A DNA stretch of 64,000 nt from Lytechinus pictus (Eukaryota): positions 2,668,001-2,732,000 of the forward strand of contig NC_087252.1 of assembly GCF_037042905.1 (NCBI RefSeq). Direction: 5' to 3'. The position numbers and the translations under genes are program-made. Every line of letters begins with the position of its first letter. Positions within the stretch are counted from its first letter, which is position 1. Below the pieces are notes generated by a model. It saw only the letters and a program-made list of their open reading frames with translations, did not search any database and was not told the DNA's origin. This document shows positions 48,957-58,986 of this stretch, one piece after another.

Positions 48957-49338
48957 TTCTGTGAACTAATAATCCGAATTCCTACCAAACCATAATTTTA
49001 TTTCATCAGCTTAGTAAGCCTACATCATATCCTTTTTAATAATAATAAATCAGAGAGATTAGAGAATGAGGGAGATAGGAAGAAAGAAAGAGAGAGTGAC
49101 GTGAAAAATTAAAGACGTGGGTTGAGAGCCATTTGAAGAGTATCGTTCGGTCAGAATGTTTTGCATTAATGATAACCGGTACAACGATTCCCCATCTATA
49201 AACGAGACTTTCCTTTCCTATCCATCATTGTGTTTATCAAAAGTCAAATATGTAACAGAGTCTCGTTTAGCATGGTATTATCAGATAGATACATCTAATA
49301 TTCAACCATGCCTTGTGGGAGCGATGATGATTATTCTT

Positions 49339-50318
49339 AACAAGTGGAATGCCTCTGGCCGTCTCACCTGCATCACGCGATTCAATATAGCAGCAGTGCT
49401 GATTTTGAAAACTACTATAACTCGCACAAGATGTTCAGTGATACTTGGTTACTCTTATTTCCACGTTTTATGAACTAGACCAATACACTTATAGAGATAT
49501 GATGGCAATTCAACAAATACCCCCAACGTGGCCAAAGTTCTTTGACCTTACATGACCTTTGACCTTGATCATGTGACCTGAAACTCGCACAGGATGTTCA
49601 GTGATACTTGATTACTATTATGTCCAAGTTTTATGAACTAGACCAACACACTTTCAAATTTATGGCTGTAATTCAACAAATACCCCAATTTGGCCAAAGT
49701 TCATTGACCCTAAATGACCTTTGACCTTGATCATGTGACCTGAAACTTGCACAGGATGTTCAGTAATACTTGATTACTATTATGTCCAAGTTTCATGAAT
49801 CAGATCCATAAACTTTCAAAGTTATGATGGTAATTCAACAGATACCCCCAATTCGGCCAAAGTTCATTGACCCTAAATGACCTTTGACCTTGGTCATGTG
49901 ATGTGAAACTCATGCAGGATGTTCAGTGATACTTGATTAACCTTATGTATAAGTTTCATGAACTAGGTCCATATATTTTCTAAGTTATGATGACATTTCA
50001 AAAACTTAACCTTAGGTTAAGATTTTGATGTTGATTCCCCCAACATGGTCTAAGTTCATTGACCCTAAATGACCTTTGACCTTGGTCATGTGACATGAAA
50101 CTCAGGCAGGATGTTTAGTAATACTTGATTAACCTTATGGCCAAGTTTCATGAACTAGGTCCATATACTTTCTAAGTTATGCTGTCATTTCAAAAACTTA
50201 ACCTCAGGTTAAGATTTGGTGTTGACGCCGCCGCCGCCGTCGTCGCCGCCGCCGTCGCCGTCGCCGTCGGAAAAGCGGCGCCTATAGTCTCACTCTGCTA
50301 TGCAGGTGAGACAAAAAA
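49339..50318 (-). mobile_element. Helentron-associated (HINE/DINE-1/Tsp/pearl-type) element with an internal ~163-bp tandem array
   Basis: Subterminal inverted repeats GTCTCACCTGCAT (49361-49373) / ATGCAGGTGAGAC (50300-50312); adjacent short inverted repeat GTCTCAC at 50287; (GCC/GTC)n microsatellite 50226-50270; minus strand begins in a T-run and ends CTTGTT; core GATGTT(C/T)AGT at 49430, 49593, 49755, 49918 and 50110. Confidence 0.82.
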
Positions 50319-50382
50319 TCAGTCATACTTGCCGAGAGATATATTTAGCTTTTTTTTGGTGCTGGTTTGAAATTTGGGTTCC

Positions 50383-50594
50383 GTGACATAATTTCTGCTC
50401 CGGTGACATCTGCTACGACGAAAAATCTGCACGTTAAGCAGAACATAAAATCTTACCTCCAAATCTAAATAAACCCTAATCCTTATCTTTACATTATTCT
50501 GAACCAAAAAGTATATTACACTCCTAACTCTAACCCTATGCCCTCTGAGATATTAACACCGGAGCAATTGTCGCAGGAGCAAATGTCGTGTCAC
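50383..50594. mobile_element. Family D MITE with telomere-like interior
   Basis: GTGACA..TGCTCCGG ... CCGGAGCAATTGTCGCAGGAGCAAATGTCGTGTCAC; AACCCTA repeats inside. Confidence 0.7.
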
Positions 50595-51007
50595 TCAAAT
50601 TTTTTATCAAAGACACAAAAGTCAGACTGAATGGATGCTATAAAGACATATAGTTCAGTCACAGGAACGAAACCAACCCCAAAACGACCGATAAAATTCC
50701 ATTCAAAATACAGTATACCTTCAATCGGTTTAGAGTCAGTTTCGTTGGTGAGACTTTAGGATGGAACCCTAACCAACCATGCTGCAGGGGCACGGACAGT
50801 GCTTCCACTTTTCAAAGATATCGTGAAATCAGTAAAAATGAGCTTCACGTTTTTAGGAGCGTTTAAATATATTAGGAGGTTAATTCAATGAATCAACGAT
50901 TAAATCTATAGGTTCATATCTACGGCTGATAGCTTATGGGTGATTACCCTAAAATATACTTTCTTTGTACAGATAATATGATTTCCAATCGCTGTAATGC
51001 TCATTAT

Positions 51008-51312
51008 TCCAATTTATCAACTCGTCTACTATCATTTGGTCTACCATCAGTTCGTCCACTCTCCACAGGGTTTAATTGTCATTTCCTTTAATTGGACTAG
51101 TGTTAAATGGGTGAAATGAATGAAAAGAAAACTGGGTACTGGACCAACTGATTATGAGACAGAATTGTCAGAGGCGAACTGGTGATTAGACGAAGTGATT
51201 ATTGGACCAAACGGCTGTTAGACGAAATGCTGGATGGAATGGCATCAGACTAAATAAAGGTAGACCATGCGATGAGTGGACGAATTGGCAATAGACGAAT
51301 CAGCAGTTCACC
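51008..51312. mobile_element. Family G MITE
   Basis: Left TCGTCTA/TGGTCTA/TCGTCCA subrepeats and right TAGACGAA/TGGACGAA/TAGACCA subrepeats in inverted orientation. Confidence 0.65.
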
Positions 51313-52059
51313 TAAGAAAGCCCTCCTCTTAACCAGATTGCGTGTGGGATTGGTGCGCTCCATAATCAGCGATTCTAGCCAAGATGAAATTCAATACAAT
51401 ATAAATGGAATGAGGATGACGCCTTGAATGGACCTTATATCACACAGTCACATCAGTGAAACCGACTCCAGACCGACCGATGTTATACCATTGTAAATTA
51501 ACGTAGTTACTTCTGTCAATCTGGGGTCAGTTTCACAGGTGTGCCTGTGCCGTTAGATGATCGTATGATCAAATGTAAATACATTCATGTTTAATGTTAT
51601 GGCTCACATAGCAAGAGCCATCGGTAATTCTCCTTCCCTAGCCCGAGGCACGTTTAGTGTGGGTTTTAATTGACCTAGAAACGGAATAAAAAGGCGAGAT
51701 GTGAGGACACCATGCCATCCAGGTACGGATCCGATCGAATATCACGATTCGACATCCCGGATGCACTGAAACTACGTGCCAGATGAAACTTGCTTCACGG
51801 AGATCAGCTTTTTACAACAAAGAGAAGACATCAATAATGTCAATATGGACGCTCGTTAAAACGTCGGATATGAATCTCCCAATAATTATCAAGCCAAAAA
51901 GCAGTTCTCTTGAAAAAAGAAAGAAAGATGTAGTCCAGTGTTCTAGAAAATGTCAACTAAAAGTAATATCGGAACATGTAGATCGATCAATTTATGTTTG
52001 TTATTCTGTTTGTTATCATCACAAGCGGCCTTAAGAATCATTTCGTTGTGAGCCCATGG

Positions 52060-52320
52060 TCCAAATGACCTCTAATATACAAGAATATTTTAAAAGATGA
52101 ATATGTCTTTGTGTAATATTTTTTCTACAGAAAAAATACACAATGTACTTTTTGAACAAAAAAGAAGCACACTGAATGTTTAAGAAAGTAATTAATGGAT
52201 GAATATGCATCATATCTAGAAAATATTTTTGAATAAACATGCATTTTGGAAGTTATCTTTACTGGCTTTCCATAGTTGTGGTTGATCGGATCAATCGTAA
52301 CTCTTTGTAAAACGGGGCCC
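52060..52320 (-). mobile_element. Harbinger-like MITE fragment (one end recognisable)
   Basis: Terminal GATCAATCGTAACTCTTTGTAAAACGGGGCC followed by CAG; the other end is not resolved. Confidence 0.4.
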
Positions 52321-52498
52321 AGATCTTCACACATTACAGAGGTGGTGCAGGAATCACTTTCTACCATTCTTTGAAGAGTGAACACTGCCAGGATTCATCA
52401 GATCATAGAATATACCATGATGAATGAACAATCAACTTATTCTGTATGGCAATCCAATTTTAAGATCCACTCTTCAGAAAGTGAAGCTCGAGAGCGAA

Positions 52499-52885
52499 GG
52501 CCGGAAGCGAGGTCGGCTCAGTCGGTAAAGCATCTGCCTGTCGAACCAAAGAAAATGGGTTCGAGTCCACCGCAGGCTGACGACTGAAGCCAGTGCGTTG
52601 TGTGTGTCTCTCCCCTGTTTCATAGATGGAGGCTATGTTACAGTGGAAAACACACCGTCCCTCGGATAGGACGTTAACTGGAGGCCCTGTGTAGAGGAGA
52701 GTCACCACATTTGCACGTTAAGAAATCACTGCACTATTTGTATAAGAGTAGGGGGAAATCCCGGTGTAGTGGTCCACCTGCACTCCCCCAATCAGTTATA
52801 TTAAGAGGAGAGACCAGCGGGTCACAGTGATTCAGTTCGCTTTTCGCCTCCAAGGCAGGTAAGACCAAACAAATAATAATAAAAA
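52499..52885 (+). mobile_element. tRNA-derived SINE with Deu/Nin-type central domain (copy 1)
   Basis: A-box GGCTCAGTCGGTA (52515), B-box GGGTTCGAGTCC (52557); core CCGTCCCTCGGATAGGACGTTAA..GAGGCCC..CACGTTAAGAA..GCACTATTT..AAGAGTAGGGG..CCCGGTGT resembles the DeuSINE core; (AAT)n A-rich tail. Confidence 0.82.
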
Positions 52886-53479
52886 GCTTCAAGCAATGAC
52901 GGACGAGCCATTTTCATGGACCCGTCTTTTCTAAAAAGTGAGGTTCTGCCGGTATTTGGAATCCAGTTTTCATAAATTGAGTGTTGCAATGTCGGACAAT
53001 CCTCTCGGAGTCACACGTCGCTGTGTTTTAGACAGTGGTACAACTGAATTTCATCTGCGCATGCTGAGCTTGCATTTACGAACTCGCGCATTACCTCGGC
53101 ATCCGGTGACACGAGCTTGGATCTCAAATGGTCCACTTATGCGCAGATTGCATTTACGAACTCGCCCAATTGGTCCACTTGTGCCCTTTGGTAAGTCATT
53201 GATCCTTATTAACAGGTCACCTGCAGAAGGCATAATCGTTCCTTGAGGACCTTAATCTTAATTACTTTTCTCGGGGGGCAAATGAATAAGAAGAATGCTA
53301 AATTCAGCTCACGTATTTCTAGATGCAACCGTCATGTCCGACATTCAAAGAAAGATGTCCAATCGAATGCAAAGCAAAATCAAGAATGGATTTCCCATGG
53401 GAATTTAATCAATTAGCGATGCAAAATATAAAGGATGTGTCGCCATTCCTAGAAATATGCCGTACTGAATTACACTAAG

Positions 53480-54922
53480 CAGTGGCGTACCGTGGGTCAC
53501 GGCATTGGGGGGGGGGGCACCAGCAAAAATTTTGAGTCGCTCAGTGAGCGCGCAAAGCGCGCTCAATTACCAGATATAGGCCTATTGACCTTATATATAC
53601 CGTGTTTACACTTAATCGGCATTTGAATCGGCTTGCGGTTCTGAACCGCGAGCTGTAACAACGTGTAAACGCAAACCAAAAGCCGATTCTGCATCGGCTT
53701 TTGGTTCTGAACCAAATGCCGATTAAGTGTAAACACGGTAATAGAGACATTTTAAGGACTGTGCCATTAAACGGATATGTAATGTATCTCACTGATCAAA
53801 TGATGCGAGCGCGAAGCGCGAGCTGAAAATTTTTGAAATTCATACCTAAAAAGGGTCAAAATAAGCTATTAAATAAAAAAAAAAAATACGTAGCTGTCTC
53901 GCTAAACAAACAATGCGAGCGCGAAGCGCGAGCTGAAATTTTTGTATTTATTGACCCCAAACAGAGACAGTTTAAGGATTATTTTTTAGAAATCAAATAA
54001 GAGAATACATATCTCACCATACTCATCTAATTTGAGTGCCAAGCGCTTGCTGATTTTGTTAGAAAACATGAAACACCTTTTGTAGTCATTGTAATCATGA
54101 TTAAAATACGCATCTCACTAATCAAATATTGCGAGCGCAAAGCGAGAGCTAAAAATTTAGGAAATTCAGACCTGAAGAGAAGCATTCTAAGGCTTGTTTG
54201 TAGGAATTTACGAAGACCATACGTACTGTACTTCAAGTACAAAATGATGCGAGCGCGAAGCGCGAGCTGAAAATTTTGTATATATTGACCCCAAACAGGG
54301 ACATTTTAAGGACTATTTCTTTTTTTTAATCCATTAAGAGTATACATATCTCACCATAGTCATCCAATGCGAGTGCCAAGCGATTGCTGATTTTGTTAGA
54401 ATCACATTCAAACACATAAAGAGCTTTTTGTAGTCATAGTAATCATGATTATCATACGCATCTCAGTCGCGCAACGTGCAAGCTGAAAATATAGGAAATT
54501 CAGATCTGAAGAGGGGCATTCTAAGGCTTGTTTGTAGGAATCTACTATGACCATACGTATTTCACTAAACAAATGATGCGAGCGCGAAGCGAGAGCTAAA
54601 ATTTTTTGATATTTACATTAGAAAAAGAGACATTTAAGGACCGATTTCAGGAATTCATGAAGAGCAGACATATCTCATCAATCTGTCAATCCACTAATTC
54701 GAACGTAAGCGCGAACACGAACAAGGATTTTTTTTATATACAGACCTTAAAATGGGGCTATCACTTTAAGTAGTCATGAAAAGAAGCATATGTCACTACA
54801 TAAAACAATAATAACTCGAAGTGCGATGATATATATTTGGTGCATATTGACTTGAAAACAGGACGTTTTGGTACAACATGATTGTACATGTATATCTCGT
54901 TAAACAGACAATGCTAGTACCA
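53480..54922. mobile_element. hAT-like element, left part only (truncated by the duplication junction)
   Basis: ACACTAAG|CAGTGGCGTA..; colinear with 55941-57380. Confidence 0.88.
53598..53740. mobile_element. Harbinger-like MITE nested in the hAT-like element (duplicate at ~56062-56204)
   Basis: 28-bp perfect TIR TACCGTGTTTACACTTAATCGGCATTTG / CAAATGCCGATTAAGTGTAAACACGGTA; 3-bp TSD ATA. Confidence 0.88.
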
Positions 54923-54959
54923 CTCTTCCACTCTTCAGAAAGTGAAGCTCGAGAGCGAA

Positions 54960-55346
54960 GGCCGGAAGCGAGGTCGGCTCAGTCGGTAAAGCATCTGCCT
55001 GTCGAACCAAAGAAAATGGGTTCGAGTCCACCGCAGGCTGACGACTGAAGCCAGTGCGTTGTGTGTGTCTCTCCCCTGTTTCATAGATGGAGGCTATGTT
55101 ACAGTGGAAAACACACCGTCCCTCGGATAGGACGTTAACTGGAGGCCCTGTGTAGAGGAGAGTCACCACATTTGCACGTTAAGAAATCACTGCACTATTT
55201 GTATAAGAGTAGGGGGAAATCCCGGTGTAGTGGTCCACCTGCACTCCCCCAATCAGTTATATTAAGAGGAGAGACCAGCGGGTCACAGTGATTCAGTTCG
55301 CTTTTCGCCTCCAAGGCAGGTAAGACCAAACAAATAATAATAAAAA
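54960..55346 (+). mobile_element. Deu-type SINE (copy 2, product of the duplication)
   Basis: Identical to 52499-52885. Confidence 0.82.
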
Positions 55347-55940
55347 GCTTCAAGCAATGACGGACGAGCCATTTTCATGGACCCGTCTTTTCTAAAAAGT
55401 GAGGTTCTGCCGGTATTTGGAATCCAGTTTTCATAAATTGAGTGTTGCAATGTCGGACAATCCTCTCGGAGTCACACGTCGCTGTGTTTTAGACAGTGGT
55501 ACAACTGAATTTCATCTGCGCATGCTGAGCTTGCATTTACGAACTCGCGCATTACCTCGGCATCCGGTGACACGAGCTTGGATCTCAAATGGTCCACTTA
55601 TGCGCAGATTGCATTTACGAACTCGCCCAATTGGTCCACTTGTGCCCTTTGGTAAGTCATTGATCCTTATTAACAGGTCACCTGCAGAAGGCATAATCGT
55701 TCCTTGAGGACCTTAATCTTAATTACTTTTCTCGGGGGGCAAATGAATAAGAAGAATGCTAAATTCAGCTCACGTATTTCTAGATGCAACCGTCATGTCC
55801 GACATTCAAAGAAAGATGTCCAATCGAATGCAAAGCAAAATCAAGAATGGATTTCCCATGGGAATTTAATCAATTAGCGATGCAAAATATAAAGGATGTG
55901 TCGCCATTCCTAGAAATATGCCGTACTGAATTACACTAAG

Positions 55941-57630
55941 CAGTGGCGTACCGTGGGTCACGGCATTGGGGGGGGGGGGGGCACCAGCAAAAATTTTGAG
56001 TCGCTCAGTGAGCGCGCAAAGCGCGCTCAATTACCAGATATAGGCCTATTGACCTTATATATACCGTGTTTACACTTAATCGGCATTTGAATCGGCTTGC
56101 GGTTCTGAACCGCGAGCTGTAACAACGTGTAAACGCAAACCAAAAGCCGATTCTGCATCGGCTTTTGGTTCTGAACCAAATGCCGATTAAGTGTAAACAC
56201 GGTAATAGAGACATTTTAAGGACTGTGCCATTAAACGGATATGTAATGTATCTCACTGATCAAATGATGCGAGCGCGAAGCGCGAGCTGAAAATTTTTGA
56301 AATTCATACCTAAAAAGGGTCAAAATAAGCTATTAAATAAAAAAAAAAAAATACGTAGCTGTCTCGCTAAACAAACAATGCGAGCGCGAAGCGCGAGCTG
56401 AAATTTTTGTATTTATTGACCCCAAACAGAGACAGTTTAAGGATTATTTTTTAGAAATCAAATAAGAGAATACATATCTCACCATACTCATCTAATTTGA
56501 GTGCCAAGCGCTTGCTGATTTTGTTAGAAAACATGAAACACCTTTTGTAGTCATTGTAATCATGATTAAAATACGCATCTCACTAATCAAATATTGCGAG
56601 CGCAAAGCGAGAGCTAAAAATTTAGGAAATTCAGACCTGAAGAGAAGCATTCTAAGGCTTGTTTGTAGGAATTTACGAAGACCATACGTACTGTACTTCA
56701 AGTACAAAATGATGCAAGCGCGAGCTGAAAATTTTGTATATATTGACCCCAAACAGGGACATTTTAAGGACTATTTCTTTTTTTTTATCCATTAAGAGTA
56801 TACATATCTCACCATAGTCATCCAATGCGAGTGCCAAGCGATTGCTGATTTTGTTAGAATCACATTCAAACACATAAAGAGCTTTTTGTAGTCATAGTAA
56901 TCATGATTATCATACGCATCTCAGTCGCGCAACGTGCAAGCTGAAAATATAGGAAATTCAGATCTGAAGAGGGGCATTCTAAGGCTTGTTTGTAGGAATC
57001 TACTATGACCATACGTATTTCACTAAACAAATGATGCGAGCGCGAAGCGCGAGCTGAAAAGTTTTGATATTTACATTAGAAAAAGAGACATTTAAGGACC
57101 GATTTCAGGAATTCATGAAGAGCAGACATATCTCATCAATCTGTCAATCCACTAATTCGAACGTAAGCGCGAACACGAACAAGGATTTTTTTTATATACA
57201 GACCTTAAAATGGGGCTATCACTTTAAGTAGTCATGAAAAGAAGCATATGTCACTACATAAAACAATAATAACTCGAAGTGCGATGATATATATTTGGTG
57301 CATATTGACTTGAAAACAGGACGTTTTGGTACAACATGATTGTACATGTATATCTCGTTAAACAGACAATGCTAGTACCAGGAATAATAAACAAATAGGC
57401 CCTGAGCACATTATGTTTCATAAAGTTATGGAAAAAAAAACAATTCTTATGTAATATAACACAACATATAATATAATATAACATTATAATGTACAATAAA
57501 TTCTTCTTTCCCACTACGTTTCTTTCTTCTCCCTCTTCTCCCGTTTTTTTTTTTTTTATTTTTTTTTTATTTGACAGCCGATGGGGGGGGGGGCACGTGC
57601 CCCCCATGCCCCCCCGTAGTTACGCCACTG
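55941..57630. mobile_element. Complete hAT-like non-autonomous element, 1690 bp, with internal ~110-bp tandem repeats
   Basis: TIR CAGTGGCGTA / TACGCCACTG; perfect 8-bp TSD ACACTAAG (55933-55940, 57631-57638). Confidence 0.93.
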
Positions 57631-58853
57631 ACACTAAGTGATTACCGATTGCAACATCATGCACATATAATAAGTCTAACAATATTTTTACAATCAATAT
57701 CTCATCGAATAAATATCGATTACATGACAAAAGAAATACTGAAGGGATAAGGGAATTTTCATTACCAAAAATTATGGAAAAAATTGGAAATTCGGAACTA
57801 ACTTATGACATCAAAATCTGACATTTGTATTGTTCATTCCAATTCATGTGGGTGTAAGGAAAAGAAAGTATGACCATGGTGATGATTACAAAATTGCTGG
57901 TATAAATCAATTGAAGATAGCGCTACATAAATCAAATATCGAGCAATTGATACCAATGACACAAGCCCTCGAGAAGAAACCAGATTACCAACAGCCAGAT
58001 GTCTTTAGAACTCTCATAAAAACTGGGATGGTAAGAAACTTGCTCTAGATTCTTGTAATATATACTGTCCGTGCGTTGCATACTTCTACGTAAACACATG
58101 ACCAAGTTTTCGCATCTAGGGCGAAGTTGTTTCATTCATTTCAGTATGAAAGATATTTTTAAAAAGCAATTGGTCGCAGGTTCTATCGTCTGCAATCGCA
58201 TGCGAACGATCTGCAGGGAGCGGAAACACAAGCATGAGCAAATGGTGGCCATTACAATATTTGGAATATTTGCAATGCTGGTATTCCTGTCCCATAGGAT
58301 CGCGGTGCGGATTATATATCCCAGGTGCACGGAATCATCCACGCCATCTGAACGTATCAATCCCAAAGGGAGGAATACAGAGAAGAATGGTAACAACTTA
58401 TCTTCTTAATCACACAGTCACATAGCCGAAACAGACACCAGACCGGCCAAAGCTATTACGTTATTTTGATGGCATACTGTCGCTCGTCTTGGAGTTGATT
58501 TCGTTGGTATGACTGCTGTATAACAACGGCAGCTCTGATTTTCGTAATGATACCATGGACCTATCCATGATGATACGTAGCACAAATCGAGGCTAAACGT
58601 TACTTGTCACCTTTTTGGCGGCAAGCTCTTCATATTAAGTTTAAACTTTGATCAATAAGAAAGTAAATATCAACAAATCGTCTGAAACTTTCATGCAATG
58701 AAAGCGTTCGATTCCTCTTTGTCGGCAGACAACTGGCACTTCTTCGCGTATTCGGTTTTCTTGGTGATATGTAATTGACACACAAAAGGTAATAGACACA
58801 AAAAGCAAATCAAAGTCCGTCTGATCAGATCGCATTTGGTGAATGGGTATTAT

Positions 58854-58986
58854 AGCAGTCTTTGTAAAGATCATAATTCACAGAGATGCGCCTCTCGCGA
58901 AAGCAACCCGATGGCGGGAAAAAGGATTTGAGCAGTCTTTGTAAAGATCATAGATCAGAGAGATACGCCCCTCATGATTGCAACCA
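58854..58986 (+). repeat. Short tandem direct repeat (~77-bp period)
   Basis: AGCAGTCTTTGTAAAGATCATA...AGAGAT.CGCC.CTC...GCAACC at 58854 and 58931. Confidence 0.8.

Larger units (their letters stand above)
52466..57380 (+). repeat. Near-identical tandem segmental duplication, unit 2461 bp (52466-54922 and 54927-57380)
   Basis: Identical ORF pair at offset 2461 (52938/55399); sequences match apart from homopolymer lengths, a 7-bp deletion near 56715 and a few substitutions near 57050. Confidence 0.97.

Noticed and set aside
49339..50318. Regularly spaced repeats resembling a CRISPR array
   Set aside because: Whole ~163-bp units repeat with no unique spacers; no cas genes; eukaryotic context.
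52505..52580. tRNA gene
   Set aside because: A and B boxes are present, but the acceptor and anticodon stems pair poorly and the sequence continues into a SINE body and tail.
52938..53246. 102-aa ORF present twice (also 55399-55707)
   Set aside because: Identity is due to the recent tandem duplication; GTG start and no domain.
57830..58425. Possible CR1 RT fossil (GDDYKI; RSCFIHFSMKDIFKK; WWPLQYLEYLQ)
   Set aside because: Similarity is too weak to call by eye; BLASTX against RepeatPeps would decide.
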